Below are positions 1 through 9,251 of a DNA stretch of 51,746 nt, one piece after another. The DNA comes from an uncultured Gammaproteobacteria bacterium. Its GTDB lineage: Bacteria; Patescibacteriota; Patescibacteriia; Patescibacteriales; UBA12465. The notes under the pieces are model-generated. The model searched no databases and was not told where the DNA came from. It was given only the letters and a program-made list of their open reading frames with translations. Position numbers and translations under genes: made by a program. Numbering within the stretch: the first letter of the stretch is position 1; every line of letters starts with the position of its first letter. The DNA lies in NCBI GenBank assembly GCA_964567645.1, contig CAZMNE010000002.1, positions 1 through 51,746 of the forward strand, read 5' to 3'.

Positions 1-120
1 AATAAAGCTAATAAGGAGTTAATAAAATTTTTAGCCAAAGAGTTTATGACTTCTAAGAGTAATATCTCTATTATTAGTGGCCATAGTGATCGCTTAAAAT
101 TAATAAAAATATTAAAATAG
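1..120 (+). CDS. 3' end of a DUF167/YggU-family protein (partial; 5' end lies outside the window)
   Basis: Frame 1 is open from the window edge to TAG at 118-120. The translation NKANKELIKFLAKEFMTSKSNISIISGHSDRLKLIKILK resembles the conserved C-terminus of DUF167 proteins (AN..Li.fLak......i..G..sr.K.i.i). Confidence 0.5.
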   Translation, partial: NKANKELIKFLAKEFMTSKSNISIISGHSDRLKLIKILK

Positions 121-125
121 TTTAT

Positions 126-989
126 ATGGATTTATCAATAATTATCGTTTCTTATAACGTCAAAGAAAAATTAAAAAAGAATTTAGAAACTCTCTTTACT
201 TCTCGGGGGGATTTTTCTTTTGAGGTTTTTGTGGTAGATAACGCCTCTATTGATGGTTCGTCCGAAATGGTAGAAGAATTTTTTCCACAAGTTAAGTTAA
301 TAAAAAATGACCAAAATTTAGGATTTGCCAAAGCCAATAATTTAGCAATTAATAGGGCCGGTGGTGATTTTATTTTATTGCTTAATCCTGATATGCAGGT
401 TTTTCCAGAAACTTTAATAGATTCTTTAATATTTGCTAAAAAAAATAATCAGGCCATAGTTTCTAGTTGCTTGTTGGTTGATAGCGATAATAAGATAATT
501 AAACATATTCGTCGTTTTCCTAGATTATTAGATCAATTAGCTATTATTTTAAAATTTCCTCATGTTTTTCCTAATATAATTCGCTCTTATCTATATTCTG
601 ATTTTGATTATAATTCAGCTCAAAAGGTAGATTCAGTTAGAGGTTCTTTTTTTATGATCAATAAGAAATCATTCCAGAAAATTAGTGGATTGAGATTACC
701 TCTGCTAGATGAGAGATATTTTGTTTGGTTTGAAGAGGTTGACTTTTGTCGTCAGGTTTATAAAATGGGGGGAGAGGTTTGGTTTAATCCTAATACTTTT
801 TGTTTAGATTATGTGGGACAAAGCTTTTCATTATTAAAAAAAGGCAGGGCTCAAAAATATTTTTGTAATTCGATGTTAAAATATTTTAAAAAATGGCACC
901 CTGCTTGGCAGTATTATATTTTAAAAATTTTTTGGCCGATAGGAAAATTTTTAGCGATATTTTTTTCCCCTTTATCTAAAATTAAATAG
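126..989 (+). CDS. Glycosyltransferase family 2
   Basis: N-terminal GT-A signature IIIVSYNV...VVDNASIDGS...NLGFAKANN...LLLNPD, plus a central ED/DxD-like FEEVDFC motif. ATG start with the AT-rich context typical of this window. Confidence 0.85.
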   Translation: MDLSIIIVSYNVKEKLKKNLETLFTSRGDFSFEVFVVDNASIDGSSEMVEEFFPQVKLIKNDQNLGFAKANNLAINRAGGDFILLLNPDMQVFPETLIDSLIFAKKNNQAIVSSCLLVDSDNKIIKHIRRFPRLLDQLAIILKFPHVFPNIIRSYLYSDFDYNSAQKVDSVRGSFFMINKKSFQKISGLRLPLLDERYFVWFEEVDFCRQVYKMGGEVWFNPNTFCLDYVGQSFSLLKKGRAQKYFCNSMLKYFKKWHPAWQYYILKIFWPIGKFLAIFFSPLSKIK

Positions 990-996
990 AATTTAA

Positions 997-2064
997 ATGG
1001 ATAAAAAAATAGCAATCATTTTGATAAATTATAAAGATTATGCTAATAAATATTTAGTTGATTGCTTGGCTGGTATAAGAAGGCAAGACTGTTTTGATAA
1101 TATTGATTTATATATAGTTGACAATTCTAGTGAGGAGGCGTCCTATAATTTTTTATCTAGCCAAGCCCCCGAGGCTAGCATTATAAGAAATTTTACTAAC
1201 GATGGTTTTGCCAAGGGGAATAATGATGCTATTAGAGTTGCTTTAGGGGTTGGGAGTAAATATATAGTTTTATTAAACATGGATACCATAATTGATGATA
1301 GGGGGGCTATATCAGAGCTGATAAGGGTAGCTGAGTCTGATAAAGAAATTGGAGTGGTTCAATCTCGTTTAATGCTCTGGCCAGAAAAAGATTTAATAAA
1401 TAGTTTGGGTAATAATACTCATTTTTTAGGTTTTGGTTATTGTAATAATTATCGAGAAAAATTTATAAAATCTGACAATTTAAGCAATATAGACATTCAT
1501 TATCCCTCTGGAGCAGCTGTTCTTTTTAAATCAGAAGTTTTAAAAGAGATTGGTCTTTTTGATGAGAGTTATTTTATGTATAATGAGGACCAGGATCTGG
1601 GTTGGAGAGCTTGGTTGGCTAATTATCGTTGTGTTTTAGCAAGCAATTCGGTGGTTTATCATAAATATGAATTTGGTCGTTCTATTTCTAAATATTATTA
1701 TATGGATAGAAATAGAATTATAACTATATTAAAAAATTATAGCCTACCAACATTGATTTTAATTTTTCCAGCTTTTTTAATAATGGAGTTGGGTCATGTT
1801 TATTTTTCTTTAAAAAATAATTGGTTTTTTAAAAAAATTTCTGTTTGGTTTTATTTTTTTAATTTTAGTCACATTAATAGGATTATTAAAGATAGAAAAA
1901 AAATTCAAAAAAATAGAAAGATTAAAGATTATAAATTGATTGATAAAATTTCAGGTAAAATTTTTTATCAAGAGATTGAAAGTTCGGCTCTAAAAATAGG
2001 AAATTATTTTTTTGAATTTTATTTTATTATTATAAAGTTTATTATTAAATTGTTTAGGTTTTAA
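997..2064 (+). CDS. Glycosyltransferase family 2 with a C-terminal hydrophobic extension
   Basis: IAIILINYKD...VDNSS...NDGFAKGNN...LLNMD...YNEDQDLGWR motifs. The C-terminal ~100 aa are hydrophobic and basic, suggesting a membrane anchor. Confidence 0.85.
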   Translation: MDKKIAIILINYKDYANKYLVDCLAGIRRQDCFDNIDLYIVDNSSEEASYNFLSSQAPEASIIRNFTNDGFAKGNNDAIRVALGVGSKYIVLLNMDTIIDDRGAISELIRVAESDKEIGVVQSRLMLWPEKDLINSLGNNTHFLGFGYCNNYREKFIKSDNLSNIDIHYPSGAAVLFKSEVLKEIGLFDESYFMYNEDQDLGWRAWLANYRCVLASNSVVYHKYEFGRSISKYYYMDRNRIITILKNYSLPTLILIFPAFLIMELGHVYFSLKNNWFFKKISVWFYFFNFSHINRIIKDRKKIQKNRKIKDYKLIDKISGKIFYQEIESSALKIGNYFFEFYFIIIKFIIKLFRF

Positions 2065-2075
2065 TAGATAAATAT

Positions 2076-2855
2076 ATGGATATTTCAATTGTCGTTGTTA
2101 ATTATAGATCCAAAGAGAAGCTTCGTGCTTGTCTGAAATCAATTGCTGAATCTGATTTGGAAAACATTTCTTATGAAATTATTGTTATAGAAAATAATTC
2201 TGGAGATGATTTAAGGGATTTACAAAAAAATATTATAAATTTTAAATTAGTAGAGAGCGATAAAAATTTAGGAATGGGGGGTGGTAATAATCTAGGAATA
2301 AGAATATCTCAAGGAGAGTTTGTTTTAATTTTAAATCCTGATACAATTCTAAAAAAGAATTCTATTAAAATTTTGTTAAATTATATTAAAAATAATTCAG
2401 ATGTTTATATTGTTGGCCCTAGGCTTTTAAATATTGATTTAAGCCTTCAATTGTCATGCTCTTATTTTCCTCGCCCCTGGACGCCAATATTTAGAAGAAC
2501 ATTTTTGGGGAGATTTTTTAAAAAACACTTGGACTGGTTTTTGATGAAAGGATTTTCTCATGATATAATAAAAGAGGTGGATTGGTTGATGGGGTCTTGC
2601 TTGCTGATTAGAAAAGATGGGTTTGAGGGTTTTGATGAAAGATTCTTTATGTATTTTGAAGATATTGATGTTTGTCGTCGGGCCTGGAAAGCTGATAAAA
2701 AGGTTGTTTATAATCCTGAAGCTGAAGTTATCCATCATCATGCTAGGGAGAGTGCTAAATATCCTTGGTACCTCTCAGTTTTTAAAGACAAATTAGCCCA
2801 GGAACATATTAAATCTTGGTTTAAATATTTTAAAAAATGGGGTTTTAGAAAATAA
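2076..2855 (+). CDS. Glycosyltransferase family 2
   Basis: ISIVVVNYRS...ENNSGDD...NLGMGGGNN...ILNPD...YFEDIDVCRR motifs. Third tandem GT2 paralog. Confidence 0.85.
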   Translation: MDISIVVVNYRSKEKLRACLKSIAESDLENISYEIIVIENNSGDDLRDLQKNIINFKLVESDKNLGMGGGNNLGIRISQGEFVLILNPDTILKKNSIKILLNYIKNNSDVYIVGPRLLNIDLSLQLSCSYFPRPWTPIFRRTFLGRFFKKHLDWFLMKGFSHDIIKEVDWLMGSCLLIRKDGFEGFDERFFMYFEDIDVCRRAWKADKKVVYNPEAEVIHHHARESAKYPWYLSVFKDKLAQEHIKSWFKYFKKWGFRK

Positions 2856-2879
2856 TTTAATTAAAATAATTTTAAAAAT

Positions 2880-3764
2880 ATGAATACTACTAAAAAGATA
2901 AAAAAAGCTATTATGCCTGTGGCTGGCTTTGGAACTAGGTTTTTACCAGCCACTAAAGCTCAACCCAAGGAAATGCTTCCAGTGGTCGATAAGCCGGTCA
3001 TCCAGTATTTAGTAGAAGATGCTGTGGCAGCTGGAATTGAAGAAATTATTTTTGTTACTGGTAGGGGAAAGAGGGCTATCGAGGATCATTTTGATTTTTC
3101 TTTTGAATTAGAACATACTTTAGTTGAAAAAAATAAAACAGATTTATTAGCTAAAATTAAAAAAATTGATTCTTTGGCTAAATTTTCTTATGTTCGCCAA
3201 GCAATTCCGCTGGGAGATGGCCATGCTATTAATTGTGCCTCTCATTTAGTTTTCGATGAACCAGTTCTTATTATGTTTGGTGATACTTTATATGACGCTC
3301 CAGTTTCCCCAGTAAAACAAATTATTGATCTATATAATCGTTATCAGGATCCAATTATTGGGTTATCTGAGGTTGATAAAAATGAGGTTGATAAATTTGG
3401 TGTTATTGATGGGCTAGATTTGGGCAACGGAGATTATGAAATTAAGAAATTTGTTGAAAAACCAGACATTGATAAGGCTCCATCTAATTTAGCTGCAGTG
3501 GGGCTATATGTTATAACTCCAGAAATTTTTACAACCCTAAGAGATATGAAGGGTGGTAAGTCCGGAGAAATTCGTTTAGCTGATGCTTTTGATTTAATGT
3601 TAGAAAACAATCGTCCGTTATATGGAAAAAAAATTGAAGGAGAATGGCTTGATACCGGAAACAAGTTAAACTTTATTAAGGCTACTTTAAAATTAGGTAT
3701 CAAGGATGGAGAAATTAAGGAAGATTTAAAGAAATTTATTAGTGATCTATCTTCCACTTTTTAA
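2880..3764 (+). CDS. galU: UTP--glucose-1-phosphate uridylyltransferase
   Basis: KAIMPVAGFGTRFLPATKAQPKEMLPVVDKPVIQYLVEDAVAAGIEEIIFVTGRGKRAIEDHFD is a near-textbook GalU N-terminus. The 294-aa length fits. Confidence 0.9.
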   Translation: MNTTKKIKKAIMPVAGFGTRFLPATKAQPKEMLPVVDKPVIQYLVEDAVAAGIEEIIFVTGRGKRAIEDHFDFSFELEHTLVEKNKTDLLAKIKKIDSLAKFSYVRQAIPLGDGHAINCASHLVFDEPVLIMFGDTLYDAPVSPVKQIIDLYNRYQDPIIGLSEVDKNEVDKFGVIDGLDLGNGDYEIKKFVEKPDIDKAPSNLAAVGLYVITPEIFTTLRDMKGGKSGEIRLADAFDLMLENNRPLYGKKIEGEWLDTGNKLNFIKATLKLGIKDGEIKEDLKKFISDLSSTF

Positions 3765-3770
3765 TAATAT

Positions 3771-5099
3771 ATGTCTTATCGTTTTAGAAATTTTTTATTT
3801 TTTATCTTCTTTGTTGTTTTTGTAATATTGACAACAGTTTTTTCTTTATATGCCTCAGGGTATAAAATATCTTTCTATAGTATTATAAAGGGACAATCTT
3901 TGATTCAAAAAACTGGAATATTGGCAGTTGATTCTTTACCAAGAGGTGCTGATATTTTTATAACTAGACAATCAAATGGTCTTTTTTTTGACGATGAAAT
4001 AAACAAAAATAAAAAAATAAAGACTCCTTATAAAATAAAAAATTTATTGCCAGGAGAATATATGTTGACATTAAATTTTGACGGATATTGGCCTTGGCAG
4101 CAAAAATTTTATATTAATCCTGGGCAATCCACTTATATGGAGGATATTGTTTTATTTAAAAAAGACTTGCCAGTAAGTTTCTTTAATTCAGCTGTCAGTG
4201 ATATTGAATTTAATTATGGGGCGCAAAAAATTATTTTAGATAATGAAAAAAGATTAATAGATTTAAAGTCAGGTCAAGAAATTTATTTAGGAGAGGGGAT
4301 TGATAGTATAGATTTTTTAGACTCAAAGAGAGTTTTGTTAAATAATTCTTTGATTTTTGATTATTCTAAAAACAAATACATTGATTTATCTTTTTTAAGT
4401 GATAAGAGATTGATTCAGCCTAAAATAAAAGGGGATGATTTGTTTTATATTAATAACGGATTACAAAGATATAATTTATTTTCAGAAAAGCAGGAGATGA
4501 TTTTTTCTTTAGAGAATGTTATTGACTATGATTTTTATAATGGATTTTATTTTTTTATAACAAAAGATAAGGACAAGTCTTCTTTTAAAATTTATTCTTA
4601 TAAAAACAAAGAATTAATTAGAGAAATAGATTTGCCAATGTCTGACAAATATCAAATAATAAATCCAGGAGCTTCAGCTTTTGTATATATTTATAATAAA
4701 GATTTTAAAAATTTTTATATTATTAATACATCTTCTAAATTTAATTCTTATTGGTCAGTAGTCAATGATGTGGAGGGTTTTGATTTTATTGATTCTAATA
4801 ATTTTATTTATTTTTCGGGTTTTGAAATTTATTCTTTCAATTCTGTTTTGGCAGAGAAGTTTTTATTAGGTAGGTTTGAAGAAATGATAAAAAGTTTAAT
4901 TTGGCATCCTAAAAATTATATAATTTATTCTACTGATAGAGATATTGTTATTTTAGATTTAAAATATGATAAATATTCTATTAAAATCGTTTCATTAAAT
5001 GATGTTTCCAATATATCTCTAGATAAAAAAAGCAGTATTTTATATTTTTCCGGAAAAAACGATGCACAAGAGGGTCTTTTTCGGTTATTTGTTCAATAA
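3771..5099 (+). CDS. Membrane-anchored PEGA-domain protein with a beta-strand-rich, propeller-like C-terminal region
   Basis: There is an N-terminal TM helix (FLFFIFFVVFVILTTVFSLY). A PEGA-like segment follows (DSLPRGADIFI...KTPYKIKNLLPGEYMLTLNFDGYWPWQQKFYINPGQSTYM). After that come repeated hydrophobic/aromatic strand-like units. No enzyme motif was recognised. Confidence 0.6.
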   Translation: MSYRFRNFLFFIFFVVFVILTTVFSLYASGYKISFYSIIKGQSLIQKTGILAVDSLPRGADIFITRQSNGLFFDDEINKNKKIKTPYKIKNLLPGEYMLTLNFDGYWPWQQKFYINPGQSTYMEDIVLFKKDLPVSFFNSAVSDIEFNYGAQKIILDNEKRLIDLKSGQEIYLGEGIDSIDFLDSKRVLLNNSLIFDYSKNKYIDLSFLSDKRLIQPKIKGDDLFYINNGLQRYNLFSEKQEMIFSLENVIDYDFYNGFYFFITKDKDKSSFKIYSYKNKELIREIDLPMSDKYQIINPGASAFVYIYNKDFKNFYIINTSSKFNSYWSVVNDVEGFDFIDSNNFIYFSGFEIYSFNSVLAEKFLLGRFEEMIKSLIWHPKNYIIYSTDRDIVILDLKYDKYSIKIVSLNDVSNISLDKKSSILYFSGKNDAQEGLFRLFVQ

Positions 5100-5121
5100 T
5101 TTAATTATTTAAAATATTTTT

Positions 5122-6381
5122 ATGTCAAAATTTATAATTAAAGGGCAAAGAAAATTGTCCGGTGAAATAAAGGTTAGAGGTGCTAAGAATTTAGCTTTAA
5201 AGGTTATTCCAGCTGCTATTTTATCATCTGAACCAATGACAATTAGTAATCTTCCACAGATTGAAGACATTGGGAAATCTTTGCAATTAATTTCAGAATT
5301 GGGATTTTTAGTGAAGAAGGCCGGTGGTAAATATGTTATTGAAGCTAAAAAACCAAAAACAACTGATTTGCCGGCTAAGTTGGCAGATAAATTTAGAACC
5401 TCAGTAATGTTTGTTGGTCCTTTATTGGCTAGATTTAAAGAAGTACGATTTCCTCATCCAGGAGGGTGTGTTATTGGAGCTGGTGGTCGACCTATTGATT
5501 TATTTTTAGATGGATTTAAAGCCTTGGGAGCCGAAATAAAGATGGATGATCGCTTTTATCATATAAAAGCTAAAAAATTAAAAGGATGCGAATTTTTCTT
5601 TTCTAAGGTTTCGGTTACGGTTACTGAGAGCTTAATGATGACAGCTTGTTTGGCTGAGGGAAAAACTATTTTAAGAAATTGTGCCATGGAGCCAGAAATA
5701 AAATACTTAGCCGATTATTTAAATAAATGCGGGGCTAAGATTAGCGGGGCAGGAACTCCAAATATTACTATTATAGGAGTTAAGCATATTAAAGGAGGTT
5801 CTATTAAAATAATGCCAGACAGAATAGAGACCGGTTCATTTGCTATTATGGCTGCAGCTACAAATTCTGAAATTACTATCAAAGATTGTGATCCCTCACA
5901 TATAGAAGCATTATTAACTATCTTTAAAAAAATCGGAGTTAATTTTGAATTTGGTAAAAATTGGTTAAAAATGAAAAAAAGCAATAATTTGAAACCATAT
6001 AATATACAAACTCATGAATATCCGGGATTTCCAACCGATCTACAATCACCTTATTTAGTTTTGATGACCCAGGTTAAGGGCAGTTCTTTAATTCATGAGA
6101 CAATTTATGATAGGCGTTTGATTTGGACTGATATGTTATCTCAAATGGGGGCTAATATTACTATGTGTGATCCTCATCGTGTTCTTGTTTCTGGGCCCAG
6201 TAAGCTGTATGGTAAGAAATTGATTAGTCCTGATATTAGAGCTGGCATTGGTTTAGTTATTGCTGCACTAATAGCTAAGGGTAGTACTGAGATTGATAAT
6301 ATTTATCAAATTGATCGAGGATATGAGAAACTTGATGAACGTTTAAGAAAATTAGGAGCTGATATTTATAGAGTTGAGTAA
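5122..6381 (+). CDS. murA: UDP-N-acetylglucosamine 1-carboxyvinyltransferase
   Basis: FIIKGQRKLSGEIKVRGAKNLALKVIPAAILS start, active-site loop HPGGCVIGAGGRPIDL with the catalytic Cys, and C-terminal IDRGYEKLDERLRKLGA. 419 aa. Confidence 0.95.
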   Translation: MSKFIIKGQRKLSGEIKVRGAKNLALKVIPAAILSSEPMTISNLPQIEDIGKSLQLISELGFLVKKAGGKYVIEAKKPKTTDLPAKLADKFRTSVMFVGPLLARFKEVRFPHPGGCVIGAGGRPIDLFLDGFKALGAEIKMDDRFYHIKAKKLKGCEFFFSKVSVTVTESLMMTACLAEGKTILRNCAMEPEIKYLADYLNKCGAKISGAGTPNITIIGVKHIKGGSIKIMPDRIETGSFAIMAAATNSEITIKDCDPSHIEALLTIFKKIGVNFEFGKNWLKMKKSNNLKPYNIQTHEYPGFPTDLQSPYLVLMTQVKGSSLIHETIYDRRLIWTDMLSQMGANITMCDPHRVLVSGPSKLYGKKLISPDIRAGIGLVIAALIAKGSTEIDNIYQIDRGYEKLDERLRKLGADIYRVE

Positions 6382-6386
6382 TTTTC

Positions 6387-6414
6387 TTGACAATTATAGA
6401 TTATTTGGTATTAT
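6387..6414 (+). promoter_or_regulatory. Sigma70-like promoter upstream of rplU
   Basis: TTGACA (6387-6392), a 16-nt spacer, then TATTAT (6409-6414), about 35 nt upstream of the rplU ATG. Confidence 0.4.
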
Positions 6415-6447
6415 ATGATTATTAAAATATAAAATAATAAAAAAAAT

Positions 6448-6762
6448 ATGGCAAAAATTGCAGTAATTAAAACCGGTGGAAAACAATACAAGGTTAAGGA
6501 GGGCGATACTTTGAAGATAGAAAAGCTTTCAGTGGAGCCAGGTGAAAAAATTAAATTTGAAACCTTGATGATAGCCGAAACTGATGGTAGCTCGCTAGAC
6601 TTAGGAGCACCTTCTTTAGGGGAAAAGGTTGAAGCAGAATTAATGTCTAATGGCAAAGGAAAAAAAATTCTAGTAGTAAAATACAAAAACAAGACTAGAT
6701 ATAAGAGAAGCATTGGACATCGTCAACAGTTTAGTCAGGTTAAGATAAATAAGATTTCTTAA
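6448..6762 (+). CDS. rplU: 50S ribosomal protein L21
   Basis: MAKIAVIKTGGKQYKVKEGDTLKIEKL and the C-terminal GHRQQFSQVKI are characteristic of L21. 104 aa. Confidence 0.9.
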   Translation: MAKIAVIKTGGKQYKVKEGDTLKIEKLSVEPGEKIKFETLMIAETDGSSLDLGAPSLGEKVEAELMSNGKGKKILVVKYKNKTRYKRSIGHRQQFSQVKINKIS

Positions 6763-6770
6763 TTATAGAC

Positions 6771-6806
6771 AAAAAAGAAGCTTAAATTAATTAAGCTTCT
6801 TTTTTT
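6771..6806. terminator. Bidirectional intrinsic terminator between rplU (+) and recR (-)
   Basis: Perfect 8-bp stem GAAGCTTA (6777-6784) / TAAGCTTC (6792-6799), flanked by an A-run on the left and a T-run on the right. Confidence 0.7.
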
Positions 6807-6812
6807 GTTTTC

Positions 6813-7427
6813 TTATTTTTGAATAATTCCTCTAAATTTTAGGGCATTGGCTAGGGTGTTTTCATCAGCATATTCTAGGCTTATTCCAGTCGATAGCCCT
6901 CTGGCTAATTTAGTTATTTTTATTTTGGGGTTTTTTAATAAGTTTTGTAAATACAGGGAAGTAGACTCTCCTTCCATTGTTGGACTAAGTGCTAGGATTA
7001 CCTCAATTTTTGAATTATTTTTTAATTTAGAATTTATTTCTTTAACTAATAATTTAATATTTAAGTTTTCCGGGCCAGTTTCTTCAACCGAATTTATTAG
7101 CCCCCCTAATATAAAATATTTTCCGTTATATAATTTAGTGTTTTCTATAGCTAAAAGATCTTGAAAATTAGCCACTAAACAGATTAAATCATTTCTTCTT
7201 TTTGTATCTGAGCATATTTCACAAGGATTTTTTTCAGAAGGAGATAAACAATTTTGACATACGGTGAAGCCGTCGATTATTTCAATTAAGTATTTAGAAA
7301 ATAGTTTTATTTGGTTAGATTTTTGCTTTAATAAATGAAAAACATAACGTTCAGCTGTTTTTCTTCCGACGGTTGGTAGGGAGGAGAATTGTTTTATTAA
7401 GTTTTCGATTGATTTTGGGTATTCCAC
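6813..7427 (-). CDS. recR: Recombination protein RecR
   Basis: LIKQFSSLPTVGRKTAERYVFHLL (HhH), a C4 zinc finger CQNCLSPSEKNPCEIC, and a Toprim-like region. It starts at GTG and no in-frame ATG is nearby. Confidence 0.9.
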   Translation of the reverse strand: MEYPKSIENLIKQFSSLPTVGRKTAERYVFHLLKQKSNQIKLFSKYLIEIIDGFTVCQNCLSPSEKNPCEICSDTKRRNDLICLVANFQDLLAIENTKLYNGKYFILGGLINSVEETGPENLNIKLLVKEINSKLKNNSKIEVILALSPTMEGESTSLYLQNLLKNPKIKITKLARGLSTGISLEYADENTLANALKFRGIIQK

Positions 7428-7434
7428 AATATTC

Positions 7435-7710
7435 TTAGCTTAATCCAGGAAATCCACCCATTTCTTGCATTTTTTTAGCCATTAATCTTTGGGTTTTTTT
7501 AATTCCGTTATTAAAAATATCCTTACAATTTTTAGCAAGCTCTTCTTTATTGGAGTCAGTATTAATAGTTAAGCTTAAAATTTCCATATTTCCATTCATG
7601 GTCATTTTTATACCATTTTTTTCAAGCTCTACTTTTTCTTCTGATAGAGCTCCTTGCATTGTTTTAGCTTGGCTTCTTAAATCTTTTAGTTGTTTTAATT
7701 TGTTAAACAT
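7435..7710 (-). CDS. ybaB: Nucleoid-associated protein, YbaB/EbfC family
   Basis: 91 aa, with QLKDLRSQAKTMQGALSEEKVE...GNMEILSLTIN...ELAKNCKDIFNNGIKKTQ and a C-terminal GGFPGL. It sits directly upstream of recR, as in the conserved ybaB-recR pair. Confidence 0.85.
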   Translation of the reverse strand: MFNKLKQLKDLRSQAKTMQGALSEEKVELEKNGIKMTMNGNMEILSLTINTDSNKEELAKNCKDIFNNGIKKTQRLMAKKMQEMGGFPGLS

Positions 7711-7733
7711 AATTTTATTTATTAATTATTATT

Positions 7734-9116
7734 TTAATCATGGTTTTTACTAATATTTTTAAAACTAGCAGTTTCTTCGGAGAAGAATAAATCCACTTTT
7801 CCAGTTGGTCCATTTCGATGCTTGGCTATATGAATTTCGGCTTTATATCTTTCCTCCATTGTTAGATCCTGAATATTAAAGGCTCTATCAGCCGCTTTTC
7901 TATAGATAAACATAACGACATCAGCGTCTTGCTCGATAGATCCAGAATCCCTTAAATGAGATAATCTTGGAATAGAAGCTCCAGTTTGCTGTTCGGCGGC
8001 ACGAGATAATTGAGCTAAAGCTAAAACTGGAATATTTAATTCTCTAGCAATTCCTTTTAATCCGCGACTAATTTCTGATATTTCTTGAACTCTGTTATCG
8101 CTGTATTTTCCTCGACCCTCCATTAACTGAAGATAGTCAATTACAATTAATCCTAATCCCTTTTCTGATTGAAGTCGACGACATTTAGCTCTAATTTCCA
8201 TGACTGAAACATTGGGAGAATCATCTATATAGATAGGGGCTTCTGATAATAACCCCATGGCTTCGGCTATTTTAGAAAAGTCGTTATCTTCATCTTTATC
8301 CGATAAATTTCCAGTTCTCATTTTCCATAAATTAACATTAGCTTGAGCGCAAAGCATCCTATCTACTAATTGCTCTTTACTCATTTCTAAAGAAAAAATA
8401 CCAACCCCAGCTTTATTTTTTATAGCAGCTTGTCGGGCCAAATCTAATGCTAAAGAGGTTTTACCCACACTAGGGCGAGCGGCTAAGATTACTAAATCTG
8501 ATTTTTGTAGACCGGCTAATAAATTATCTAAGTCATAAAAACCAGTAGAAAGTCCTCGTAATTTTCCACTTCTTTTGTGAAGCTCATCGATTCTCTCGAA
8601 GGCATCTGATAATAAGCTATCTATTCCTAAAAATGAATTTTTTAAATATTTTCTAGAAACACTAAATATTTTTTTTTCAGCTTGATCTAAAACCTCATCT
8701 ATTTCTCTTTCTTCTTCAAAGCTGAGATCCATAATCTCACTAGCTGATACTTGTAACCTTCTTAGAGTGGCCTTCTTTTGTATTAGGTTGGCATAATAGA
8801 CGGTATTGGCCGAAGTTGCTACGGTGTTTGATAATTGAGCTAAATAACTTCTTCCTCCAATTTCTTTGATTAATTTTTTTTCTTCTAATTTATTTGATAA
8901 GGTTATGATGTCTATTGGTTCTTGGTTGGCAAATAAATCAACCATAGCCTGAAATATTTCTTTGTGGCTATTATGATAGAAATCCTCGGCATTAATAACA
9001 TCAGTAACTTTATAGATAGCTTCTTTATCTAACAATAAACAGCCAATTAAGGATTGTTCAGCTTCAATGTTTTGGGGTGGTAATTTACCAATTGAATTTT
9101 TTTCTTTTTTAGTCAT
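7734..9116 (-). CDS. dnaB: Replicative DNA helicase DnaB
   Basis: PPQNIEAEQSLIGCLLLD N-terminus, Walker A ARPSVGKTSLAL, VIDYLQLM, RELNIPVLALAQLSR and the HRNGPTG motif. 460 aa, no intein. Confidence 0.95.
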   Translation of the reverse strand: MTKKEKNSIGKLPPQNIEAEQSLIGCLLLDKEAIYKVTDVINAEDFYHNSHKEIFQAMVDLFANQEPIDIITLSNKLEEKKLIKEIGGRSYLAQLSNTVATSANTVYYANLIQKKATLRRLQVSASEIMDLSFEEEREIDEVLDQAEKKIFSVSRKYLKNSFLGIDSLLSDAFERIDELHKRSGKLRGLSTGFYDLDNLLAGLQKSDLVILAARPSVGKTSLALDLARQAAIKNKAGVGIFSLEMSKEQLVDRMLCAQANVNLWKMRTGNLSDKDEDNDFSKIAEAMGLLSEAPIYIDDSPNVSVMEIRAKCRRLQSEKGLGLIVIDYLQLMEGRGKYSDNRVQEISEISRGLKGIARELNIPVLALAQLSRAAEQQTGASIPRLSHLRDSGSIEQDADVVMFIYRKAADRAFNIQDLTMEERYKAEIHIAKHRNGPTGKVDLFFSEETASFKNISKNHD

Positions 9117-9122
9117 GTTTAT

Positions 9123-9151
9123 ATAATATCTTAGTTAAGTTTATTTTTCAA
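9123..9151 (-). promoter_or_regulatory. Candidate sigma70-like promoter abutting the dnaB start codon
   Basis: On the minus strand: TTGAAA (9151-9146), a 17-nt spacer, then TATTAT (9128-9123). Only 6 nt separate the -10 box from the dnaB ATG (9116). Confidence 0.35.
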
Positions 9152-9213
9152 GCTTATTTTTCCCCTAATAATTCACTTTTTATTCATATAATTATTAAAT
9201 AGTTTTGACAAAG

Positions 9214-9241
9214 AAAAAAGCTACCATTTTGGCAGCTTTTT
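9214..9241 (-). terminator. Intrinsic terminator (minus strand; hairpin is also foldable on plus)
   Basis: Stem AAAAGCTACC (9216-9225) / GGCAGCTTTT (9231-9240), with one G-U pair on the minus-strand RNA and a U-run following. It lies 11 nt after the TAA of the 9252-9485 open frame. Confidence 0.5.
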
Positions 9242-9251
9242 AAAATTGTTT

